This document shows, piece by piece, positions 18,140 to 26,770 of a stretch of 64,000 nt of DNA (positions are counted from its first letter, which is position 1; the number at the start of each line of letters is the position of its first letter). This DNA comes from Desulfotomaculum sp. GTDB lineage: Bacteria > Bacillota > Desulfotomaculia > Desulfotomaculales > Nap2-2B. A program made the translations under genes and the position numbers. The notes beneath the pieces were generated by a model. It made no database searches. It saw only the letters and a list, made by a program, of their open reading frames with translations, and was not told the origin of the DNA. The stretch is taken from positions 506 through 64,505 of the forward strand of contig DMZI01000065.1 of NCBI GenBank assembly GCA_003485325.1, read 5' to 3'.

Positions 18140-18168
18140 TATTCGGCACAAATAAAATATCACTTTAG
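18140..18168 (-). promoter_or_regulatory. Candidate sigma-28 promoter for flgM-flgN-flgK-flgL
   Basis: The minus strand reads CTAAAG-N15-GCCGAATA, about 30 nt upstream of the flgM start. Confidence 0.5.
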
Positions 18169-18185
18169 GCCTTTTAAAAATTATT

Positions 18186-18965
18186 TTATTCCTCTTTATT
18201 TCTAGTTTCCTTTTTTCTGTTTTTGGGTTTTAAAAAGCCCGACAGGCGGTCCCTGATCAGCGTGGGGTTGTAGCCTGCCTGCAGTGAGATAATGCCTTCC
18301 ATCATCAACTGCCTGATCAGAATTTCTTTTTTGCTGAGGTTGCCCAATTTTGTGGCGATAGGAAGCCAGATAACGTTCGCGCTTCCTACCCCGTACAGGG
18401 TGGCAATAAATGCCATGGCAATAGCCGGACCCAGTTTATCAGGCGTGCTCATTTGGCCCAGTACATGAACCAAACCCATCACTGTCCCGATGATTCCCAT
18501 AGTAGGCGCATAACCGCCGGCTGCTTCGAAAATATGTTTACCAGTCTGATGACGTTCTTCAGTGGCATAAATTTCTACCTCAAGCGTATTCTTGACAAGC
18601 TCCGGATCATTGCCGTCTACAAGGAGCTGCAGGCCTTTTCGCAGAAAAGGATCACTTACATCGGAAAGCCTGTTTTCCAGCTGCAATAAACCTTCCCTTC
18701 GTGAGATTTCAGCCAGTTCAACAATTTTTTCGATCACTTCTCCTGGTTCCGGCAACTTTTGAGTCAGGACAATCTTAAGCAGACCGGGAATCGTCTTTAT
18801 TTCTTTCATGGAGAAACTTGCTATAGTTGCTCCTATTGTGCCCCCGAAAACAATCATGGCGGCTGTCTTTTGCATAAGCGCGGCTGCGTGGCCCCCTTCC
18901 AACAGGAAACCGCCGACTAAAAATACAACTGCCCCGAATATCCCGATAAGAATAGTAGCGTCCAA
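18186..18965 (-). CDS. motA: Flagellar stator protein MotA
   Basis: Four TM segments, with GGYAPTMGIIGTVMGLV and AFIATLYGVGSANVIWLPIATKL characteristic of MotA/ExbB. Confidence 0.9.
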   Translation of the reverse strand: MDATILIGIFGAVVFLVGGFLLEGGHAAALMQKTAAMIVFGGTIGATIASFSMKEIKTIPGLLKIVLTQKLPEPGEVIEKIVELAEISRREGLLQLENRLSDVSDPFLRKGLQLLVDGNDPELVKNTLEVEIYATEERHQTGKHIFEAAGGYAPTMGIIGTVMGLVHVLGQMSTPDKLGPAIAMAFIATLYGVGSANVIWLPIATKLGNLSKKEILIRQLMMEGIISLQAGYNPTLIRDRLSGFLKPKNRKKETRNKEE

Positions 18966-18980
18966 GATTTGATTTCTCCT

Positions 18981-19736
18981 TTATTTAGTTGATGATCCTG
19001 GTTCCGATACCTGGTATTCATTCCGTAAAATAACTATATCAACCCGCCGGTTCATCTGACGGTGCGCCTCATTGTCGTTGGGGACCCTGGGCCTGTATTC
19101 ACCATAGGCCGAGGCTGAAAGCCTCTGAGGGGGAAACGAGTGTTTGTTGATTAATTCCTTAACGACTGTAGTGGCACGGGCGGACGACAGTTCCCAGTTG
19201 GATGGGTAGATCGTGCTGTGAATGGGCAAATTGCAGGTATGTCCTTCTACCCTGATATAATTGGGAACTTTGCGCAGTATAGGCGCTACTTGACCGATTA
19301 TTTCCCTTGCCTGTTGGGTTAGTTCAGAAGAACCGATTACAAATAGAACCTCTTCCTGGAAACTTATTACAATGCCTCTGTCCTCGCTCGACACCGAAAC
19401 CTTTGATTGAAGGCCGCTCCTATCCATATAATCGGTTAGTTGCTCCTTGATGTCCGATAATGTCATCAAATCCTGCTGATCTTTTTCAAGCATGGGCGGT
19501 CTTGAACCTGACTGTCCAGCTGAAGTTGAAGGGCCGCCGTTCATTAAAATCATCCCGCCTCCTCCCATGGCCTGACTTAATGATTGCGACAAATATTTAA
19601 ATCTCTCGAGGTCCAATTGGCCAAGGGAGTACATAACTATAAAAAAAATTAGCAGCAGAGTAATCAAATCAGCATAGGTGACCAGCCAGCGTTCAGAACC
19701 CCCGTGGCTTTCCTGACTTTTCCTGGCTCTTATCAT
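18981..19736 (-). CDS. motB: Flagellar stator protein MotB (OmpA-like C-terminus)
   Basis: WLVTYADLITLLLIFFIVMYS (plug/TM with the conserved Asp) plus an OmpA-like domain (VEGHTCN...NWELSSARA...NRRVDIVI). Confidence 0.9.
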   Translation of the reverse strand: MIRARKSQESHGGSERWLVTYADLITLLLIFFIVMYSLGQLDLERFKYLSQSLSQAMGGGGMILMNGGPSTSAGQSGSRPPMLEKDQQDLMTLSDIKEQLTDYMDRSGLQSKVSVSSEDRGIVISFQEEVLFVIGSSELTQQAREIIGQVAPILRKVPNYIRVEGHTCNLPIHSTIYPSNWELSSARATTVVKELINKHSFPPQRLSASAYGEYRPRVPNDNEAHRQMNRRVDIVILRNEYQVSEPGSSTK

Positions 19737-19775
19737 AAATCACGCCGCTTTCACAAAAAAAATGACTCACTTTTT

Positions 19776-19804
19776 ACATCGGCTTTTTACCTCCAATGCT
19801 GTAG
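19776..19804 (-). promoter_or_regulatory. Possible sigma-28 promoter for motB-motA
   Basis: The minus strand reads CTACAG-N15-GCCGATGT (-10 box 7/8), about 40 nt upstream of the motB ATG. Confidence 0.35.
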
Positions 19805-20469
19805 GACCTTATAAAAAAGGTTTTAGTAAAGATGAAACAGTTTTTAAGTAGATCCAATGGTATGTTTTACAATTTTTGACTTGATAATATTATTAAATTG
19901 TTAGAAAATACAATGAAAACATATTATACTACCCTTTAACACATTTATAAAATTTATGTGTTTATTATAAGCAGCATTTTCGACATTATTAGCGATAAAA
20001 TATATTAATTATTACCAATAGGTCAGGAGAGGATAAAAAAATAATTCTAATTCGATAATATGTTACAATATACAACATAATTCGATAGAGGAAAATCCAT
20101 CTTCGCGGTGAATAAAAAAATATAATATGGAATTATAAGATAAATATGTTTTATCTGTAATATCAACCATGGTAAATTAGGGAATACCTAATTAATATAG
20201 AAGTATTTCTCACTTTAAACTTTAGTCTCATAGCGAATATACTGTTCTGACCAGTCTTTCGACTGGCGAATATGTATACTATTTTAAGCTTGCCGGGGGA
20301 AGTTAAAAGAAAACTATATGACAGAATATTCTACATCAGCACTGGTAAAAATGTTATTAACAGATAGAAATACCATAATATAACATATTTGATTTTAGAT
20401 AATTAACTATTTTGCGATATAAGCATGTATTTGGAACAGTGCGTTATTTATGCAAGGGAGTGAGTTAAA

Positions 20470-20877
20470 ATGCCTTTGTTTGAAAATGATAATATTGTTC
20501 TGCTGGCAAAATACCTTAATGTAGCAAGTATGCGACAAAAGTTAATAGCTCATAACATAGCCAACATTAGTACCCCGGGCTACAAAAGCCTTACCTTACG
20601 CTTTGAAGATTGTTTACAGGATGCCCTGAATCCGGACAAGGTAAATCTGGGAACTTCACGGGAAGAGCATATCAGCAACATTCCGGATGCAAACAAACTG
20701 GAACCGTTTGTGGAAAAAGATAATACCTCTGGGATGCGTGCAGATGCAAATAACGTTAATTTGGAGCATGAAATGACGGTTCTGTCGGCAAACACAATTC
20801 AATACAATCTGGTCATGCAGAGATTAACAGATAATCTTCAACAACTCAGTTATGTTATTACATCAAGGGGGCGTTAA
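20470..20877 (+). CDS. flgB: Proximal rod protein FlgB
   Basis: HNIANISTPGYK rod motif. It is the first gene of the rightward operon. Confidence 0.9.
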   Translation: MPLFENDNIVLLAKYLNVASMRQKLIAHNIANISTPGYKSLTLRFEDCLQDALNPDKVNLGTSREEHISNIPDANKLEPFVEKDNTSGMRADANNVNLEHEMTVLSANTIQYNLVMQRLTDNLQQLSYVITSRGR

Positions 20878-20879
20878 AA

Positions 20880-21311
20880 ATGAGTTTAAACTTTAAAAGT
20901 TTTGAGATAAGCGAGTCTGGTTTGGCGGCGGAGAAAATGCGTCTGAATCTGATTGCCGCTAATTTGGCAAATATCAACACTACCAGGACTGGCGCCGGAG
21001 GGCCATATAAAAGAAAGGCTCCTGTTTTTGAGGAGAAACTTCAGCTGGAAAAAGAGAATGATCGGAATTATAAAATTAAGGATGCCGGGGTTAAAGTAAG
21101 TTCCATCTGGGAGGATCAAAGCCCTCCAAGGCTTGTGTATGAACCAAATAATCCTGATGCCGATCAGCAGGGTTTAGTAGCCTATCCAAACATTAATGTG
21201 GCCAACGAGATGATTGATTTAATCACTGCATCCAGGGCATATGAGGCAAACCTGATGACTTTGGAAGCGGCAAAATCCATGGATCAGAAAGCTCTGGAAC
21301 TGAGCAGGTAA
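20880..21311 (+). CDS. flgC: Proximal rod protein FlgC
   Basis: LIAANLANINTTRT and the C-terminal EMIDLITASRAYEANL. Confidence 0.95.
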   Translation: MSLNFKSFEISESGLAAEKMRLNLIAANLANINTTRTGAGGPYKRKAPVFEEKLQLEKENDRNYKIKDAGVKVSSIWEDQSPPRLVYEPNNPDADQQGLVAYPNINVANEMIDLITASRAYEANLMTLEAAKSMDQKALELSR

Positions 21312-21330
21312 AAAAAGGAGGAGTTCTTTT

Positions 21331-21618
21331 ATGCAGGTAAATAATATTTCTCCTTCTTCTGTTATACCTTTGATTGAACCGGTACAAAAAGGTAACACAC
21401 AATCTTTCGGCCAATTTTTATCGGAACAAATTGAAAAAGTAAATGAAGCGCAGTTGAAAACAGAAGAAGTGACTAAACAATTCCTGTCCGGAAATGTACA
21501 GGATATTCATCAGGTCCTGATCGCAGCGCAGGAATCTAAAATTACCCTGCAGTTGGCGGTAGAAATACGCAATAGGGTAATCGAAGCTTACCAAGAGGTT
21601 TCAAGAATGTCCGTTTAA
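21331..21618 (+). CDS. fliE: Hook-basal body protein FliE
   Basis: 95 aa with the C-terminal LQLAVEIRNRVIEAYQEV. Confidence 0.9.
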   Translation: MQVNNISPSSVIPLIEPVQKGNTQSFGQFLSEQIEKVNEAQLKTEEVTKQFLSGNVQDIHQVLIAAQESKITLQLAVEIRNRVIEAYQEVSRMSV

Positions 21619-21661
21619 TTAGGTTTTGCTTTCAGCAGCGGCTATAAGGGGAGTGTGTTTA

Positions 21662-23170
21662 ATGAACTGGGCCAACTTGCCAGCAGAAGCAGGTAAAAAC
21701 TGGCAGACCTTGCAGCCAAAACGTAGGATGTTAATTGTCGCAGTGGGTGTGGGTCTAATATTTTGTGTATTTTTTATTTATGTTTTGCTGAACCACACAA
21801 CTTATGCGCCTTTATTTACCGGACTCGATCCTTCTGAAGCCGGATCAATGGTTGAAAAATTAAAAGAAAAAAATATTCCTTACCGTTTAAGTGATCAGGG
21901 AAAAACAATTCTGGTGCCCGAAAAGCAGGTTTATGAAACGAGAATTGAGCTGGCCAGCAGCGGAGCTCTTGGACAAGGAAAGGGCTTTGAGATTTTTGAT
22001 CAGACTAAGTTGGGCATAACGGACTTTGAGCAGCAGGTGCAGTACCAACGGGCTCTGCAGGAAGAACTGAGAAGGACGATAACTCAGTTAGACGAAGTTG
22101 AGCAGGCAAGGGTTCACCTGGTTCTCCCTGCGAAGTCGGTATTTATTGAACAGGAAAGCCCGTCTTCCGCTTCCATAGTGTTGAAGTTAAAACCGATGGT
22201 TGTGTTAAAACCCAACCAAATCAAAGGGATTGTCGACCTGACGGTAGGAAGCGTAGAGGGTCTTAAACCTGAAAATGTCCATGTTGTTGATACAAATGGA
22301 AATGTTTTGGATGTGGAAGAAAAAAGTTCTATTGCCGGGGGTATGATGGAACAGTATCAGGTTAAAACCTCTTACGAAAACGCCCTGGAAAAACGTATCC
22401 GGACAATGCTGGAGAAGATTTTCGGACAGGGCAAAACGGTGGTTATGGTCACGGCTGATCTCGATTTTAACAAACAGGAGATACAAGCAGAGACATACCA
22501 ACAGGGTCCTATAGTCAGTGAACAGTTGATCAAGGAAAATGCCTTATCTTCCGAAGCGACTGGTATTCCCGGGACTGAAAGCAATTCACAGGTCAATCCA
22601 CAGGTCAATCAGGTAGCACAAAACGGCGGGACCCCGCGGGTTGAAACGATACGCAATTACCAGCCGATTAGCAGGCAGGAAAAAATATACCCGGCAGTTG
22701 GAAATTTACAGCGCCTGTCGATTGCCGTAGCGGTTGACGCACATCTTTCACAGGATATTGAGCAGCAGATTACAAGTGTTGTAAGTTCTGCTACGGGTTT
22801 GAACCAGAGCCGGGGTGATCAGTTGACGATCAGTACTCTTGCCTTTGATAAGTCCTCCGAACAGGAGGCAGAGGCCGAAATGGCCAGGCAGGAAGCCGCA
22901 CAAAGAAAAGATCAGCAGCAAAAATTTATTTTCATGGGTATAGCAGGGTTGATCGGGATAACTGTCCTGCTCTTCTTAATAAAAGCTATATTAAACAGAA
23001 TATCCCAGAACAGGAAAATGGAAATTGAAGAGCTGCGGCCTATTGAGGATATGCAGGTTAGGGAAATAGCTGTACAACCTACTGTGGAAGATAAAATCCG
23101 CTATCTGGCTAAACAACAACCAGCTGAAGTGGCGGAAATAATAAAAGTATGGCTGGCTGAAAATCAATAA
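21662..23170 (+). CDS. fliF: MS-ring protein FliF
   Basis: N- and C-terminal TM segments flank a YscJ/FliF domain (KNIPYRLSDQGKTILVPEKQVYETRIELAS). ATG 21662 has an aaggggag RBS; the ORF is open from 21626. Confidence 0.9.
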   Translation: MNWANLPAEAGKNWQTLQPKRRMLIVAVGVGLIFCVFFIYVLLNHTTYAPLFTGLDPSEAGSMVEKLKEKNIPYRLSDQGKTILVPEKQVYETRIELASSGALGQGKGFEIFDQTKLGITDFEQQVQYQRALQEELRRTITQLDEVEQARVHLVLPAKSVFIEQESPSSASIVLKLKPMVVLKPNQIKGIVDLTVGSVEGLKPENVHVVDTNGNVLDVEEKSSIAGGMMEQYQVKTSYENALEKRIRTMLEKIFGQGKTVVMVTADLDFNKQEIQAETYQQGPIVSEQLIKENALSSEATGIPGTESNSQVNPQVNQVAQNGGTPRVETIRNYQPISRQEKIYPAVGNLQRLSIAVAVDAHLSQDIEQQITSVVSSATGLNQSRGDQLTISTLAFDKSSEQEAEAEMARQEAAQRKDQQQKFIFMGIAGLIGITVLLFLIKAILNRISQNRKMEIEELRPIEDMQVREIAVQPTVEDKIRYLAKQQPAEVAEIIKVWLAENQ

Positions 23171-23194
23171 AAAGAATTGTAAAGGTGAAGACTC

Positions 23195-24292
23195 ATGGAA
23201 AAAGCGCTTGAAAATATTGAACCCGGTCTGGCTTTTAGCGGGAAAGCGGCTTCAAGAAACATTGAAGCAATAGGGCAGGATAAAACCACTAAAAAATTAA
23301 CCGCATTACAGAAAGTGGCAATTGTCCTTATCTCTATAGGTTCTGATCTTTCCAGCCAGGTTCTTAAATATGATTTTTATCAGGATGATATTGAACGTAT
23401 AACAGAAGCCATAACACAATTAGGCAAGATACCGAAATCCGTCCGTGAGAATGTCCTTGAAGAATTTAAGGAAATAAGGCAAGCCAAAAGCTACATTACA
23501 CAGGGCGGTATTAAATATGCTCAGGAGTTATTGGAAAAGACAGTCGGGCATCAGCGTGCGCAGGAGATAATTAAAAAACTGACCTGGGAAGCAAAGACGA
23601 TTCCTTTTACCAGTTTGCGAAAAACGGATCCTCTCTATCTGTTTAATTTTATAAGAGAAGAACACCCTCAAACTATAGCTATGATTTTATCTTATTTAGA
23701 ACCGGAAAAAGCTGCTCAAATTTTGTCTTCCCTGCCAAAGGAAATGCAAAGCGATATTGCCCGCCGTATAGCGGTCATGGATCGTTCCAATCCTGAAGTT
23801 GTCAAGGAAGTTGAAAAGGTATTGGAGACCCGTTTGGCATCAGTTGTTAAACAGGGTCAGATGGTTATAGGTGGTATTCCCTCAGTAGTTGAAATATTAA
23901 ATATGAGCGATCGAAATACTGAAAAAACAATCTTGGAAGAACTGGAAAACAAGGCCCCGGAACTGGCGGAGGCGATTCGGAAAAAGCTGTTTGTTTTTGA
24001 AGATATCGTAAGGTTGGATGACATTTCAATACAGCGGGTTCTAAGGGAGGTTGACGGTAAGGATTTAGCCCTGGCTTTACGAGGATCCGGTGAAGAAGTC
24101 CGCAGTTGTATTTACCGCAACCAATCCAAGAGAGCCGGCGAAATGTTGAAAGAGGAGATTGATTATATGGGGCCGGTACGCTTAAAACAGGTTGAAGAAG
24201 CACAGGCTAAAATTGTCAAGGTTATCCGGACTTTGGAAGAAAGCGGAGAAATAATTATTTCAAGGGGTGGCGAAGATGCCATTATTATCTAA
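23195..24292 (+). CDS. fliG: Rotor/switch protein FliG
   Basis: AMILSYLEPEKAAQILSSLP and the C-terminal MLKEEIDYMGPVRLKQVEEAQ. Confidence 0.95.
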   Translation: MEKALENIEPGLAFSGKAASRNIEAIGQDKTTKKLTALQKVAIVLISIGSDLSSQVLKYDFYQDDIERITEAITQLGKIPKSVRENVLEEFKEIRQAKSYITQGGIKYAQELLEKTVGHQRAQEIIKKLTWEAKTIPFTSLRKTDPLYLFNFIREEHPQTIAMILSYLEPEKAAQILSSLPKEMQSDIARRIAVMDRSNPEVVKEVEKVLETRLASVVKQGQMVIGGIPSVVEILNMSDRNTEKTILEELENKAPELAEAIRKKLFVFEDIVRLDDISIQRVLREVDGKDLALALRGSGEEVRSCIYRNQSKRAGEMLKEEIDYMGPVRLKQVEEAQAKIVKVIRTLEESGEIIISRGGEDAIII

Positions 24293-24995
24293 CAGGATAA
24301 TTAGAAAACCATTGATATCTCAAGTTCGCAAGGTCTGTTTAATTTGTGAAAACAGTACAGACGAAAAGGAGTATCCGGCGCCCTCAAGTGGTACTGCGGG
24401 AGGTATCACCAGCCATGACCCGGGTTCTATGCCGTCTGCGAACGATGAAGCTGAAAAAATTCTTGAAAAAGCCCGTGTTGAAGCAGAGGAAATCTATTTT
24501 CAGGCTAAAAGGGAAGGTTCCCTGGCAGGTTATCGGGAAAGCCTTGAAAAAGCTAATCAGGAAGCCGAGGAAATCCGCCAGAAAGCGCTTCATCTTTTAA
24601 AAGAGGCTCATGAGGTAAAACGAAAAACATTTGAAGGGATGGAAGATGAAATAGTTCTTCTTTCCTGTGAAATTGCCGAAAGAATCGTCAACAAACAATT
24701 GACCATTGAACCGGAGACAGTTTATGAAATTGCCAAAGAAGCAATTGGAGCAGTTTCTGATAAAGAACAGGTAGATTTAATGGTAAACGCGCATGATTTT
24801 GATATATTTCAGAAGAACCGGGAAGATATTTTAACAAGGCTCCCGGGCGGCGCTAAGCTAAACATATTAACTGAACCTTCAATAAAACAAGGCGGCTTAA
24901 AAATCAGGACATCACGAGAAGAAGTTGATGCTACTATAGATAATCGATGGGAAGTTTTAAAAACTAATCTGGTTAAAGGGTACACAGATGTTTAA
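24276..24995 (+). CDS. fliH: Flagellar export ATPase regulator FliH
   Basis: Glu/Lys-rich coiled coil plus a FliH-type C-terminus, located between fliG and fliI. The start is taken as ATG 24276 (ggggtgg RBS); the ORF is open from 24267. Confidence 0.75.
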   Translation: MPLLSNRIIRKPLISQVRKVCLICENSTDEKEYPAPSSGTAGGITSHDPGSMPSANDEAEKILEKARVEAEEIYFQAKREGSLAGYRESLEKANQEAEEIRQKALHLLKEAHEVKRKTFEGMEDEIVLLSCEIAERIVNKQLTIEPETVYEIAKEAIGAVSDKEQVDLMVNAHDFDIFQKNREDILTRLPGGAKLNILTEPSIKQGGLKIRTSREEVDATIDNRWEVLKTNLVKGYTDV

Positions 24996-26319
24996 GAATA
25001 TTCCATCAGTAAATTTAAGATATTATCACGAGCGAATCAAAAAGGCTCAATTAATTAAAGCATGCGGTCTGGTTAAAAAAGTTACCGGACTGCTTATTGA
25101 AACTACGGGTTCAACTTCCTTTATAGGTGAGTTGTGCTATATTAAAGTTCCTCAGTTTGATCAGCCTGTCCTTGCTGAGGTAATCGGTTTCCGTGAAGGA
25201 AGTTCTTTAGTAATGCCTCTGGGAGAGCTAAAGGGTGTTTATCCGGGATGCCCTGTAATTCCGACAGGGCATCCTTTGCTTATTAAGGTTGGAGATAATA
25301 TTCGCGGAAGGGTTCTTAACGGGCTTGGGCAGCCGCTTGATGAAAAGCCACTTGACGAAGGCGGGATTTTTTGGCCGGTTGATAATCTTCCGCCAAACCC
25401 CCTTGCCCGCCGTCGGGTAGATGAAGTTTTGGTAACCGGAATAAGGGCTATTGATTCATTAATGACTTGTGGCAAAGGGCAGCGGGTAGGTTTGTTTTCC
25501 GGAAGCGGTGTGGGTAAAAGTACTTTGTTAGGCATGATAGCCCGCTATTCCAAAGCACAAGTCAATGTAATTGCGCTGGTTGGAGAAAGAGGGCGAGAGG
25601 TTGGGGATTTCATCTGCCATGATTTGGGAAAGGAGGGATTAAAACGGAGTGTCGTCGTGGCGGCTACCTCTGATCAACCTGCCCTTGTCCGCCTGAAGGC
25701 CGCATTTGTGGCAATCGCTATTGCAGAGTACTTTCGGGAACAAGGTCTGGATGTACTACTGTTGCTGGATTCTGTTACGCGTCTGGCAATGGCGCAAAGG
25801 GAAATAGGGCTTACAGTGGGTGAACCCCCTGCAACAAAAGGGTACCCACCCTCTGTATTCGGGCTTTTACCAAGGTTGTTGGAGCGAACTGGAACGGGGG
25901 AAAGAGGTTCTATCACTGCTTTTTATACCGTACTCGTGGAGGGCGATGATTTTAACGAGCCTATCGCTGACACCGTTCGCAGTATTTTAGACGGACATAT
26001 AATACTTACACGCGATTTGGCAAACCATAATCATTATCCTCCTATTGACGTCCTTCAAAGTGTAAGCCGTCTGATGCCCGATTTGGCAAGCTTAAGGCAT
26101 CAGCAAATGGCCGGTCGTTTAAGGGATTTGCTGGCAACATATAAGCAAACGGAGGACCTTATTAATATTGGAGCTTATACGAACGGTTCAAATCAAAAAA
26201 TAGACGCTTCAATCCGTCATTATGAAAAGATAATCAATTACCTTCGCCAGGGTCCCGAAGAATTCTGCGCTTTTGAAGATACCTTGGATGTACTGGAAAA
26301 TTTACAGCTAGCGGAGTGA
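24988..26319 (+). CDS. fliI: Flagellum-specific ATPase FliI
   Basis: Walker A GLFSGSGVGKST and Walker B VLLLLDSVTRLAMAQREI. Confidence 0.95.
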   Translation: MFKNIPSVNLRYYHERIKKAQLIKACGLVKKVTGLLIETTGSTSFIGELCYIKVPQFDQPVLAEVIGFREGSSLVMPLGELKGVYPGCPVIPTGHPLLIKVGDNIRGRVLNGLGQPLDEKPLDEGGIFWPVDNLPPNPLARRRVDEVLVTGIRAIDSLMTCGKGQRVGLFSGSGVGKSTLLGMIARYSKAQVNVIALVGERGREVGDFICHDLGKEGLKRSVVVAATSDQPALVRLKAAFVAIAIAEYFREQGLDVLLLLDSVTRLAMAQREIGLTVGEPPATKGYPPSVFGLLPRLLERTGTGERGSITAFYTVLVEGDDFNEPIADTVRSILDGHIILTRDLANHNHYPPIDVLQSVSRLMPDLASLRHQQMAGRLRDLLATYKQTEDLINIGAYTNGSNQKIDASIRHYEKIINYLRQGPEEFCAFEDTLDVLENLQLAE

Positions 26320-26323
26320 TTAA

Positions 26324-26770
26324 ATGTCTAAATTTGTTTTCCCGCTGGAAAAAGTTTTAAAGTATCGCTTGAGTGTGGAAGAAGCTGCCAGGCAGGCTAT
26401 GGCCGAAGCACAGGAAAGATATGATTTAAACAAAAGAATACTTGATGAGATGTACAAAACCTATGAAAGCAGTTTAGTACAGGACGATACAGGGGCCGAG
26501 GCTTCATGGGTTATCCGTCAAAATAACTATCGTCTTTATTTAGCCAAGTGCATAGAGAAGCAGCAAGAACTTTTATCCGGGCTCCAAAATGAAATTAATG
26601 AAGTACGCGCTAAGTTGATTCGTGCGTGGCAGGAAAGGTCCATCCTTGAAAAAGTGAGAGAAAAGTCATATCACAGATACCAGCTTGAGGAAAAGAACAA
26701 AGAAAAATTTCAAAATGATGAAACCGGACAGAGCACTTTCGTTTATCACAAAAGAGGTCATTTATTATGA
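26324..26770 (+). CDS. fliJ: Flagellar export chaperone/stalk protein FliJ
   Basis: 148-aa coiled coil directly after fliI (FPLEKVLKYR...). Confidence 0.75.
   Translation: MSKFVFPLEKVLKYRLSVEEAARQAMAEAQERYDLNKRILDEMYKTYESSLVQDDTGAEASWVIRQNNYRLYLAKCIEKQQELLSGLQNEINEVRAKLIRAWQERSILEKVREKSYHRYQLEEKNKEKFQNDETGQSTFVYHKRGHLL

Noticed and set aside
20390-20421. GCGATATA element upstream of flgB, considered as a sigma-28 -10 box.
   Set aside because: No acceptable TAAA-type -35 box lies at 15-16 nt (TTAG or TAGA at best). The first operon is normally sigma-A dependent, so the evidence is insufficient.
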